From the human T2T-CHM13v2.0 reference genome, Homo sapiens: a stretch of 64,000 bases of DNA. Position 1 is the stretch's first letter; every line of letters starts with the position of its first letter. The position numbers and the translations under genes were made by a program. The stretch is from NCBI RefSeq assembly GCF_009914755.1, contig NC_060927.1; one strand, written 5' to 3'. Below the pieces are notes generated by a model. That model did not search any database, was not told where the DNA came from, and was given only the letters and a program-made list of their open reading frames with translations. This document shows, one piece after another, positions 1 through 15,200 of this stretch.

Positions 1-1036
1 ATGAAAGTACATCAAATATAGATTATATACAGTACATAAAATATCAAAGTACCCCAAATATATATTATATACTGTACATGAAATATCAAAGTTCACAACT
101 ATATATTATATACTGTACATAAAATATCAAAGTCCCCAAGGTATATATTCTATACTGTACAAAAAATATCAAAGTACACAAAGCATGTATTATATACTGT
201 ACATAAAATATGAAATTACATCAAATATATATTATATTAGGTACATAAAATATGAAAGTACATCAAATATAGATTATATACTGTACATAAAATATCAAAG
301 TACCCCAAATATATATTATATACTGTACATGTAATATCAAAGTTCACAACTATATATTACATACTGTACATAAAATATCAAAGTACCCAAGGTATATATT
401 CTATACTGTACAAAAAATATCAAAGTACCCAAAGCATGTATTATATACTGTACATAAAATATGAAAGTACATCAAATATATATTTTATTCTGTACATAAA
501 ATATCAAAGTACACCAGATATATATTCTATAGTGTATATAAAATATCAAAGTACCTAAACTATACATTATATACTGTACATAAAATATGAAATTACATCA
601 AATATATATTATATTAGGTACATAAAATATGAAAGTACATGAAGTATAGATTATATACTGTACATAAAATATCAAAGTACCCCAAATTTATATTATATAC
701 TATACATGAAATATCAAAGTTCACAAACTATATATTATATACTGTACATAAAATATCAAAGTACCCAAAGCATGTATTATATACCGTACATAAAATATAA
801 AATTACATCAAATATATATTTTATTCTGTACATAAAATATCAAAGTACACCAGATATATATACTATAGTGTACATAAAATATCAAAGTACCCAAACTATA
901 CATTATACACTGTACATAAAATATGAAATTACATCAAATATATATTAGGTACATAAAATATGAAAGTACATCAAATATAGATTATATACTGTAAATATAA
1001 TATCAATGTACCCCAAATATATATTTTATACTCTAC

Positions 1037-3302
1037 ATGAAATATCAAAGTTCACAAACTATATATTATATACTGTACATAAAATATCAAAGTACCCAAG
1101 GTATATATTCTATACTGAACAAAAAATATCAAAGTACCCAAAGCATGTATTATATACTGTACATAAAATATGAAAGTACATCAAATATATATTTTATTCT
1201 GTACATAAAATATCAAAGTACACCAGATATATATTCTATAGTGTACATAAAATATCAAAGTACCCAAACTATACATTATATACTGTACATAAAATATGAA
1301 ATTACATCAAATATATATTATATTAGGTACATGAAATATGAAAGTACATCAAATATAGATTATATACTGTACATAAAATTTGAAAGTACCCCAAATATAT
1401 ATTATATACTCTACATGAAATATCAAAGTTCACAAACTATATATTATATACTGTACATAAAATATCAAAGTACCCAAGGTATATATTCTATACTGTACAA
1501 AAAATATCAAAGTATCCAAAGCATGTATTATATACTGTATATAAAATATGAAAGTACATCAAATATATATTTTATTCTGTACATAAAATATCAAAGTACA
1601 CCAGATATATATTCTATATTGTACATAAAATATCAAAGTACCCAAACTATACATTATATACTGTACATAAAATATGAAATTACAGCAAATATATATTATA
1701 TTAGGTACATAAAATATGAAAGTACATCAAATATAGATTATATACTGTACATTAAATACCAAAGTACCCCAAATATATATTTTATACTGTACATGAAATA
1801 TCAAAGTTCACAAACTATATATTATATACTGTACATAAAATATCAATGTACCCAAGGTATATATACTATACTGCACAAAAAATATCAAAGTACCCAAAGC
1901 ATGTATTATATACTGTATATAAAATATGAAAGTACATCAAATATATATTTTATTCTGTACATAAAATATCAAAGTACACCAGATATATATTCTATAGTGT
2001 ACATAAAATATCAAAGTACCCAAACTATACATTATATACTGTACATAAAATATGAAATTACATCAAATATATATTATATTAGGTACATAAAATACGAAAG
2101 TACATCAAATATAGATTATATACTGTACATAAAATATCAAAGTACCCCAATATATATTATATACTGTACATGAAATATCAAAGTTCACAAACTATATATT
2201 ATGTACTGTACATAAAATATCAAAGTACCCAAGGTATATATTCTATACTGTACAAAAAATATCAAAGTACCCAAAGCATGTATTATATACTGTACATAAA
2301 ATATGAAAGTACATCAAATATATATTTTATTCTGTACATAAAATATCAAAGTACACCAGATTTATATTCTATAGTGTATATAAAATATCAAAGTACCCAA
2401 ACTATACATTATATACTGTACATAAAATATGAAATTACATCAAATATATATTATATTAGGTACATGAAATATGAAAGTACATCAAATATAGATTATATAC
2501 TGTACATAAAATATGAAAGTACCCCAAATATATATTATATACTCTACATGAAATATCAAAGTTCACCAACTATATATTATATACTGTACATAAAATATCA
2601 AAGTACCCAAGGTATATATTCTATACTGTACAAAAAATATCAAAGTATCCAAAGCATGTATTATATACTGTATATAAAATATGAAAGTACATCAAATATA
2701 TATTTTATTCTGTACATAAAATATCAAAGTACATCAGATATATATTCTATAGTGTACATAAAATATCAAAGTACCCAAACTATACATTATATACTGTACA
2801 TAAAATATGAAATTACAGCAAATATATATTATATTAGGTACATAAAATATGAAAGTACATCAAATATAGATTATATACTGTACATTAAATACCAAAGTAC
2901 CCCAAATATATATTTTATACTGTACATGAAATATCAAAGTTCACAAATTATATATTATATACTGTACATAAAATATCAATGTACCCAAGGTATATATACT
3001 ATACTGCACAAAAAATATCAAAGTACCCCAAGCATGTATTATATACTGTATATAAAATATGAAAGTACATCAAATATATATTTTATTCTGTACATAAAAT
3101 ATCAAAGTACACCAGATATATATTCTATAGTGTACATAAAATAACAAAGTACCCAAACTATACATTATATACTGTACATAAAATATGAAATTACATCAAA
3201 TATATATTATATTAGGTACATAAAATACGAAAGTACATCAAATATAGATTATATACTGTACATAAAATATCAAAGTACCCCAATATATATTATATACTGT
3301 AC
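1037..3302 (+). repeat. Two tandem 1133-bp (3x378-1) 27-mer units
   Basis: Landmarks at 1037, 2170 and 3303 are spaced 1133 bp apart, with the same order of diagnostic variants (GGTACATGAAAT; AGTATCCAA; ATTACAGCA; CAATGTACC; TACTATACTGCAC; TACGAA; 1-bp deletion CCCCAAT). Confidence 0.85.
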
Positions 3303-5914
3303 ATGAAATATCAAAGTTCACAAACTATATATTATGTACTGTACATAAAATATCAAAGTACCCAAGGTATATATTCTATACTGTACAAAAAATATCAAAG
3401 TACCCAAAGCATGTATTATATAATGTACATAAAATATGAAAGTACATCAAATATACATTTTATTCTGTACATAAAATATCAAAGAACACCAGATATATAT
3501 TCTATAGTGTACATAAAATATCAAAGTACCCAAACTATACATTATATACTGTACATAAAATATGAAATTACATCATATATATATTAGGTACATAAAATAT
3601 GAAAGTACATCAAATATATATTTTATTCTGTACATAAAATATCAAAGTACACCAGATATATATTCTATAGTGTACATAAAATAACAAAGTACACAAACTA
3701 TAAATTATATACTGTACATAAAATATGAAATTACATCAAATATATATTAGGTACATAAAATATGAAAGTACATCAAATATAGATTATATACTGTACATAT
3801 AATATCAATGTACCCGAAATATATATTTTATACTCTACATGAAATATCAAAGTTCACAAACCATATATTGTATACTGCACATAAAATATCAAAATACCCA
3901 AGGTATATATTCTATACTGTACAAAAAATATCAAAGTACCCAAAGCAGGTATTATATACTGTACATAAAATATGAAAGTACATCAAATATATATTTTATT
4001 CTGTACATAAAATATCAGAGTACACCAGATATATATTCTATAGCGTACATAAAATATCAAAGTACACAAACTATACATTATATACTGTACATAAAATATG
4101 AAATTACATCAAATATATATTATATTAGGTACATAAAATATGAAAGTACATCAAATATAGATTATATACTGTAAATATAATATCAATGTACCCCAAATAT
4201 ATATTTTATACTCTACATGAAATATCAAAGTTCACAAACCATATATTATATACTGTACATAAAATATCAAAGTACCCAAGGTATATATTCTATACTGTAC
4301 AAAAAATATCAAAGTACCCAAAGCATGTATTATATACTGTACATAAAATATGAAAGTACATCAAATATATATTTTATTCTGTACATAAAATATCAAAGTA
4401 CACCAGATATATATTCTATAGTGTACATAAAATATCAAAGTACCCAAACTATACATTATATACTGTACATAAAATATGAAATTACATCAAATATATATTA
4501 TATTAGGTACATGAAATATGAAAGTACATCAAATATAGATTATATACTGTACATAAAATATGAAAGTACCCCAAATATATATTATATACTCTACATGAAA
4601 TATCAAAGTTCACAAACTATATATTATATACTGTACATAAAATATCAAAGTATCCAAGGTATATATTCTATACTGTACAAAAAATATCAAAGTATCCAAA
4701 GCATGTGTTATATACTGTATATAAAATATGAAAGTACATCAAATATATATTTTATTCTGTACATAAAATATCAAAGTACACCAGATATATATTCTATAGT
4801 GTACATAAAATATCAAAGTACCCAAACTATACATTATATACTGTACATAAAATATGAAATTACAGCAAATATATATTATATTAGGTACATAAAATATGAA
4901 AGTACATCAAATATAGATTATATACTCTACATTAAATACCAAAGTACCCCAAATATATATTTTATACTGTACATGAAATATCAAAGTTCACAAACTATAT
5001 ATTATATACTGTACATAAAATATCAATGTACCCAAGGTATATATTCTATACTGCACAAAAAATATCAAAGTACCCAAAGCATGTATTATATACTGTATAT
5101 AAAATATGAAAGTACATCAAATATATATTTTATTCTGTACATAAAATATCAAAGTACACCAGATATATATTCTATAGTGTACATAAAATATCAAAATACC
5201 CAAACTATACATTATATACTGTACATAAAATATGAGATTACATCAAATATATATTATATTAGGTACATAAAATATGAAAGTACATCAAATATAGATTATA
5301 TACTGTACATAAAATATCAAAGTACCCCGAATATATATTATATACTCTACATGAAATGTCAAAGTTCACAAACTATATATTATATACTGTACATAAAATA
5401 TCAAAGTACCCAAGGTATATATTCTATACTGTACAAAAAATATCAAAGTACCCAAAGCATGTATTATATACTGTATATAAAATAAGAAAGTACATTAAAT
5501 ATATATTTTATTCTGTACATAAAATATCAAAGTACACCAGATATATATTCTATAGTGTACATAAAATAACAAAGTACACAAACTATAAATTATATACTGT
5601 ACATAAAATATGAAATTACATCAAATATATATTAGGTACATAAAATATGAAAGTACATCAAATATAGATTATATACTGAACATATAATATCAATGTACCC
5701 CAAATATATATTTGATACTCTACATGAAATATCAAAGTTCAGAAACCATACATTATATACTGTACATAAAATATCAAAGTACCCAAAGTATATATTCTAT
5801 ACTGTACAAAAAATATCAAAGTACCCAAAGCATGTATTATATACTGTACATAATATATGAAAGTACATCAAATATATATTTTATTCTGTACATAAAATAT
5901 GAAAGTATAGGAAA

Positions 5915-8900
5915 TATATATTCTATAGTGAACATAAAATATCAAAGTACCCAAACTATACATTATATACTGTACATAAAATATGAAATTACATCAAATA
6001 TATATTATATTAGGTAAATAAAATATGAAAGTACATCAAATATAGATTATATACTGTACATTAAGTACCAAAGTACCCCAAATATATATTTTATACTGTA
6101 CATGAAATATCAAAATTCACAAACTATATATTATATACTGTACATAAAATATGAAAGTACCCAACGTATATACTCTATACTGTACAAAAAATATCAAAGT
6201 ACCCAAAGCATGTATTATATACTGTACATAAAGTAAGAAAGTACATCAAATATATATTTTATTCTGTACATAAAATATCAAGGTACACCAGATATATATT
6301 CTATAGTGTACATAAAATATCAAAGTACCCAAACTATAAATTATATACTGTACATAAAATATGAAATTACATCAAATATATATTATATTAGGTACATAAA
6401 ATATGAAAGTACATCAAATATAGATTATATACTCTACATTAAATACCAAAGTACCCCAAATATATGTTTTATACTGTACATGAAATATCAAAGTTCACAA
6501 AGTATATATTATATACTGTACATAAAATATCAAAGTACCCAAGGTATATATTCTATACTGTACAAAAGATATCAAAGTACCCAAAGCATGTATTATATAC
6601 TGTACATAAAATATGAAAGTACATCATATATATATTTTATTCTGTACATAAAATATTAAAGTACACCAGATATATATTCTATAGTGTACATAAAATATCA
6701 AAGTACCCAAACTATACATTATATACTGTACATAAAGTATGAAATTACATCAAATATATATTAAGTACATAAAATATGAAAGTACATCAAATATAGATTA
6801 TATACTGTACATAAAATATCAATGTACACCAAATATATATTATATACTCTACATGAAATATCAAAGTTCACAAACTATATATTATATACTGTCCATAAAA
6901 TATCAAAGTACCCAAGGTATATATTCTATACTGTACAAAAAATATCAAAGTAAACAAAGCATGTATTATATACTGTACCTAAAATATGAAAGTACATCAA
7001 ATATATATTTTATTCTGTACATAAAATATCAAAGTACACCAGATATATATTCTATAGTGTATATAAAATATCAAAGTACCCAAACTATACATTATATACT
7101 GTACATAAAATGTGAAATTACATCAAATATATATTATATTAGGTACATAAAATATGAAAGTACATCAAATATAGATTATATACTGTACATTAAATACCAA
7201 TATACCCCAAATATATATTTTATACTGTACATGAAATATCAAAGTTCACACACTATATATTATATACTGTACATAAAATATCAAAGTATCCAAGGTATAT
7301 ATTCTATACTGTACAAAAAACATCAAAGTACCCAAAGCATGTATTATATACTGTACATAAAATATGAAAGTACATCAAATATATATTTTATTCTGTACAT
7401 AAAATATCAAAGTACACCAGATATATATTCTATAGTGTACATAAAATATCAAAGTACCCAAACTATACATTATATACTGTACATAAAATATGAAATTACA
7501 TCAAATATATATTATATTAGGTACATAAAATAAGAAAGTACATCAAATATAGATTATATACTGTACATAAAATATCAAAGTACCCCAAATATATATTATA
7601 TACTCTACATGAAATATCAAAGTTCAAAAACTATATATTATATACTGTACATAAAATATCAAAGTACCCAAGGTATATATTCTATACTGTACAAAAAATA
7701 TCAAAGTATCCAAAGCATGTTTTATATACTGTATATAAAATATGAAAGTACATTAAAGATATATTTTATTCTGTACATAAAATATCAAAATACACCAGAT
7801 ATATATTCTATAGTGTACATAAAATAACAAAGTACACAAACTATAAATTATATACTGTACATAAAATATGAAATTACATCAAATATATATTAGGTACATA
7901 AAATATGAAAGTACATCAAATATAGATTATATACTGTACATATAATATCAATGTACCCCAAATATATATTTTATACTCTACATGAAATATCAAAGTTCAC
8001 AAACCATACATTATATACTTTCCATAAAATATCAAAGTACCCATGGCATATATTCTATACTGTACAAAAGATATCAAAGTACCCAAAGCATGTATTATAT
8101 ACTGTACATAAAATATGAAAGTACATCAAATATATATTTTATTCTGTACATAAAATATCAAAGTACACCACATATATATTCTATAGTGTACATAAAATAT
8201 CAAAGTACCCAAACTATATATTATATACAGTACATAAAATATGAAATTACATCAAATATGTATTATATTAGGTACATAAAATATGAAAGTACATCAAATA
8301 TAGATTATATACCGTACATAAAATATCAAAGTACCCCAAATATATATTATATACTATACATGAAATATCAAATATCACAAACTATATATTATATACTGTA
8401 CATAAAATATCAAAGTACCCAATGTATATATTCTATAGTGTACAAAAAATATCAAAGTACCCAAAGCATGTATTATATACTGTACATAAAATATAAAAGT
8501 ACATCAAATATATATTTTATTCTGTACATAAAATATGAAAGTACACCAGATATATATTCTATAGTGTACATAAAATATCAAAGTACCCAAACTATACATT
8601 ATATACTGTACATAAAATATGAAATTACATCAAATATATATTATATTAGGTACTTAAAATATGAAAGTACATCAAATATAGATTATATACTGTACATAAA
8701 ATATCAAAGTACCACAAATATATATTATATACTGTACATGAAATATCAAAGTTCACAACTATATATTATATACTGTACATAAAATATCAAAGTCCCCAAG
8801 GTATATATTCTATACTGTACAAAAAATATCAAAGTACACAAAGCATGTATTATATACTGTACATAAAATATGAAATTACATCAAATATATATTATATTAG

Positions 8901-10710
8901 GTACATAAAATATGAAAGTACATCAAATATAGATTATATACTGTACATAAAATATCAATGTACCCCAAATATATATTATATACTGTACATGTAATATCAA
9001 AGTTCACAACTATATATTACATACTGTACATAAAATATCAAAGTACCCAAGGTATATATTCTATACTGTACAAAAAATATCAAAGTACCCAAAGCATGTA
9101 TTATATACTGTACATAAAATATGAAAGTACATCAAATATATATTTTATTCTGTACATAAAATATCAAAGTACACCAGATATATATTCTATAGTGTATATA
9201 AAATACCAAAGTACCCAAACTATACATTACATACTGTACATAAAATATGAAATTACATCAAATATATATTATAATAGGTACATAAAATATGAAAGTACAT
9301 CAAATATAGATTATATACTGTACATTAAATACGAAAGTACCCCAAATATATATTTTATACTGTACATGAAATATCAAAGTACCCAAGGTATATATTCTAT
9401 ACTGTACAAAAAATATCAAAGTACCCAAAGCATGTATTACAAACTGTACATAAAATATGAAAGTCCATCAAATATATATTTTATTCTGTACATAAAATAT
9501 CAAAGTACACCAGATATATATTCTATAGTGAACATAAAATATCAAAGTACCCAAACTATACATTATATACTGTACATAAAATATGAAATTACATCAAATA
9601 TATATTATATTAGGTAAATAAAATATGAAAGTACATCAAATATAGATTATATACTGTACATTAAGTACCAAAGTACCCCAAATATATATTTTATACTGTA
9701 CATGAAATATCAAAGTTCACAAACTATATATTATATACTGTACATAAAATATGAAAGTACCCAACGTATATACTCTATACTGTACAAAAAATATCAAAGT
9801 ACCCAAAGCATGTATTATATACTGTACATAAAGTAAGAAAGTACATCAAATATATATTTTATTCTGTACATAAAATATCAAGGTACACCAGATATATATT
9901 CTATAGTGTACATAAAATATCAAAGTACCCAAACTATAAATTATATACTGTACATAAAATATGAAATTACATCAAATATATATTATATTAGGTACATAAA
10001 ATATGAAAGTACATCAAATATAGATTATATACTCTACATTAAATACCAAAGTACCCCAAATATATGTTTTATACTGTACATGAAATATCAAAGTTCACAA
10101 AGTATATATTATATACTGTACATAAAATATCAAAGTACCCAAGGTATATATTCTATACTGTACAAAAGATATCAAAGTACCCAAAGCATGTATTATATAC
10201 TGTACATAAAATATGAAAGTACATCATATATATATTTTATTCTGTACATAAAATATTAAAGTACACCAGATATATATTCTATAGTGTACATAAAATATCA
10301 AAGTACCCAAACTATACATTATATACTGTACATAAAATATGAAATTACATCAAATATATATTAAGTACATAAAATATGAAAGTACATCAAATATAGATTA
10401 TATACTGTACATAAAATATCAATGTACACCAAATATATATTATATACTCTACATGAAATATCAAAGTTCACAAACTATATATTATATACTGTCCATAAAA
10501 TATCAAAGTACCCAAGGTATATATTCTATACTGTACAAAAAATATCAAAGTAAACAAAGCATGTATTATATACTGTACCTAAAATATGAAAGTACATCAA
10601 ATATATATTTTATTCTGTACATAAAATATCAAAGTACACCAGATATATATTCTATAGTGTATATAAAATATCAAAGTACCCAAACTATACATTATATACT
10701 GTACATAAAA
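5915..10710 (+). repeat. ~1.19-kb dispersed duplication at offset 3600 bp (~5915-7110 / ~9515-10710)
   Basis: ORF pairs 6306/9906 and 6739/10339. Shared private variants include GTGAACAT, CCAACGTATATACTC, AAGTAAGAA, CAAGGTACAC, AAATATTAAA, TTAAGTAC and AGTAAACAA. The same pair recurs in copy 2 (35029/38629). Confidence 0.85.
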
Positions 10711-12249
10711 TATGAAATTACATCAAATATATATTATATTAGGTACATAAAATATGAAAGTACATGAAGTATAGATTATATACTGTACATAAAATATCAA
10801 AGTACCCCAAATTTATATTACATACTATACATGAAATATCAAAGTTCACAAACTATATATTATATACTGTACATAAAATATCAAAGTACCCAAGGTATAT
10901 ATTGTATAGTGTACAAAAAATATCAAAGTACGCAAAGCATGTATTATATACCGTACATAAAATATAAAATTACATCAAATATATATTTTATTCTGTACAT
11001 AAAATATCAAAGTACACCAGATATATATACTATAGTGTACATAATATATCAAAGTACCCACACTATACATTATACACTGCACATAAAATATGAAATTACA
11101 TCAAATATATATTAGGTACATAAAATATGAAAGTACATCAAATATAGATTATATACTGTAAATATAATATCAATGTACCCCAAATATATATTTTATACTC
11201 TACATGAAATATCAAAGTTCACAAACCATATATTATATACTGTACATAAAATATCAAAGTACCCAAGGTATATATTCTATACTGTACAAAAAATATCAAA
11301 GTACCCAAAGCATGTATTATATACTGTACATAAAATATGAAAGTACATCAAATATATATTTTATTCTGTACATAAAATATCAAAGTACACCAGATATATA
11401 TTCTATAGTGTACATAAAATATCAAAGTACCCAAACTATACATTATATACTGTACATAAAATATGAAATTACATCAAATATATATTATATTAGGTACATG
11501 AAATTTGAAAGTACATCAAATATAGATTATATACTGTACATTAAATACCAAAGTACCCCAAATATATATTTTATACTGTACATGAAATATCAAAGTTCAC
11601 AAACTATATATTATATACTGTACATAAAATATCAATGTACCCAAGGTATATATTCTATACTGCACAAAAAATATCAAAGTACCCAAAGCATGTATTATAT
11701 ACTGTATATAAAATATGAAAGTACATCAAACATATATTTTATTCTGTACATAAAATATCAAAGTACACCAGATATATATTCTATAGTGTACATAAAATAA
11801 CAAAGTACACAAACTATAAATTATATACTGTACATAAAATATGAAATTACATCAAATATATATTAGGCACATAAAATATGAAAGTACATCAAATATAGAT
11901 TATATACTGTACATATAATATCAATGTACCCGAAATATATATTTTATACTCTACATGAAATATCAAAGTGCACAAACCATATATTGTATACTGCACATAA
12001 AATATCAAAATACCCAAGGTATATATTCTATACTGTACAAAAAATATCAAAGTACCCAAAGCAGGTATTATATACTGTAAATAAAATATGAAAGTACATC
12101 AAATATATATTTTATTCTGTACATAAAATATCAAAGTACACCAGATATATATTCTATAGCGTACATGAAATATCAAAGTACACAAACTATACATTATATA
12201 CTGTACATAAAATATGAAATTATATCAAATATATATTATATTAGGTACA

Positions 12250-15200
12250 TAAAATACGAAAGTACATCAAATATAGATTATATACTGTACATAAAATATG
12301 AAAGTACCCCAATATATATTATATACTCTACATGAAATATCAAAGTTCACAAATTATATATTATGTACTGTACATAAAATATCAAACTACCCAAGGTATA
12401 TATTCTATACTGTACAAAAAATATCAAAGTACCCAAAGCATGTATTATATAATGTAAATAAAATATGAAAGTACATCAAATATATATTTTATTCTGTACA
12501 TAAAATATCAAAGAACACCAGATATATATTCTATAGTGTACATAAAATATCAAAGTACCCAAACTATACATTATATACAGTACATAAAATATGAAATTAC
12601 ATCATATATATATTAGGTATATAAAATATGAAAGTACATCAAATATATATTTTATTCTGTACATAAAATATCAAAGTACACCAGATATATATTCTATAGT
12701 GTACATAAAATAACAAAGTACACAAACTATAAAATATATACTGTACATAAAATATGAAATTACATCAAATATATATTAGGTACATAAAATATGAAAGTAC
12801 ATCAAATATAGATTATATACTGTACATATAATATCAATGTACCCGAAATATATATTTTATACTCTACATGAAATATCAAAGTTCACAAACCATATATTTT
12901 ATACTGCACATAAAATATCAAAATACACAAGGTATATATTCTATACTGTACAAAAAATATCAAAGTACCCAAAGCAGGTATTATATACTGTATATAAAAT
13001 ATGAAAGTACATCAAATATATATTTTATTCTGTATATAAAATATCAAAGTACACCAGATATATATTCTATAGTGTACATAAAATATCAAGGTACCCAAAC
13101 TATATATTATATACTGTACATAAAATATGAAATTACAGCAAATATATATTATATTAGGTACATAAAATATGAAAGTACATCAAATATAGATTATATACTG
13201 TACATTAAATACCAAAGTACCCCAAATATATATTTTATACTGTACATGAAATATCAAAGTTCACAAACTATATATTATATACTGTACATAAAATATCAAT
13301 GTACCCAAGGTATATATTCTATACTGCACAAAAAATATCAAAGTACCCAAAGCATGTATTATATACTGTATATAAAATATGAAAGTACATCAAATATATA
13401 TTTTATTCTGTACATAAAATATCAAAGTACACCAGATATATATTCTATAGTGTACATAAAATATCAAAATACCCAAACTATACATTATATACTGTACATA
13501 AATATGAAATTACATCAAATATATATTATATTAGGTACATAAAATATGAAAGTACATGAAGTATAGATTATATACTGTAGATAAAATATCAAAGTACCCC
13601 AAATTTATATTATATACTATACATGAAATATCAAAGTTCACAAACTATATATTATATACTGTACATAAAATATCAAAGTACCCAAGGTATATATTCTATA
13701 GTGTACAAAAAATATCAAAGTACCCAAAGCATGTATTATATACCGTACATAAAATATAAAATTACATCAAATATATATTTTATTCTGTACATAAAATATC
13801 AAAATACACCAGATATATATACTATAGTGTACATAAAATATCAAAGTACCCAAACTATACATTATACACTGTACATAAAATATGAAATTACATCAAATAT
13901 ATATTAGGTACATAAAATATGAAAGTACATCAAATATAGATTATATACTGTAAATATTATATCAATGTACCCCAAATATATATTTTATACTCTACATGAA
14001 ATATCAAAGTTCACAAACCATATATTATATACTGTACATAAAATATCAAAGTACCCAAGGTATATATTCTATACTGAACAAAAAATATCAAAGTACCCAA
14101 AGCATGTATTATATACTGTACATAAAATATGAAAGTACATCAAATATATATTTTATTCTGTACATAAAATATCAAAGTACACCAGATATATATTCTATAG
14201 TGTACATAAAATATCAAAGTACCCAAACTATACATTATATACTGTACATAAAATATGAAATTACAGCAAATATATATTATATTAGGTAAATGAAATATGA
14301 AAGTACATCAAATATAGATTATATACTGTACATAAAATATGAAAGTACCCCAAATATATATTATATACTCTACATGAAATATCAAAGTTCACAAACTATA
14401 TATTATATACTGTACATAAAATATCAAAGTACCCAAGGTATATATTCTATACTGTACAAAAAATATCAAAGTATCCAAAGCATGTATTATATACTGTATA
14501 TAAAATATGAAAGTACATCAAATATATATTTTATTCTGTACATAAAATATCAAAGTACATCAGATATATATTCTATAGTGTACATAAAATATCAAAGTAC
14601 CCAAACTATACATTATATACTGTACATAAAATATGAAATTACAGCAAATATATATTATATTAGGTACATAAAATATGAAAGTACATCAAATATAGATTAT
14701 ATACTGTACATTAAATACCAAAGTACCCCAAATATATATTTTATACTGTACATGAAATATCAAAGTTCACAAACTATATATTATATACTGTACATAAAAT
14801 ATCAATGTACCCAAGGTATATATTCTATACTGCACAAAAAATATCAAAGTACCCAAAGCACGTATTATATACTGTATATAAAATATGAAAGTACATCAAA
14901 TATATATTTTATTCTGTACATAAAATATCAAAGTACACCAGATATATATTCTATAGTGTACATAAAATATCAAAGTACCCAAACTATACATTATATACTG
15001 TACATAAAATATGAAATTACATCAAATATATATTAGGTACATAAAATATGAAAGTACATCAAATATAGATTATATACTGTACATTAAGTACCAAAGTACA
15101 CCAAATATATATTTTATTCTGTACATAAAATATCAAAGTACACCAGATATATATTCTATAGTGTACATAAAATATCAAAGTACCCAAACTATACATTATA

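Larger units (their letters stand above)
1..12250 (+). repeat. Large intra-array duplication, copy 1 (partner 28724-~40975, offset 28,723 bp)
   Basis: ORF starts map with constant offset 28,723 (706/29429, 1037/29760, 4217/32940, 7982/36705, 11204/39927). Private variants are shared, e.g. GAAAGTATAGGAAAT at 5901/34624 and TAGGCACAT at ~11864/40587. Confidence 0.92.
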
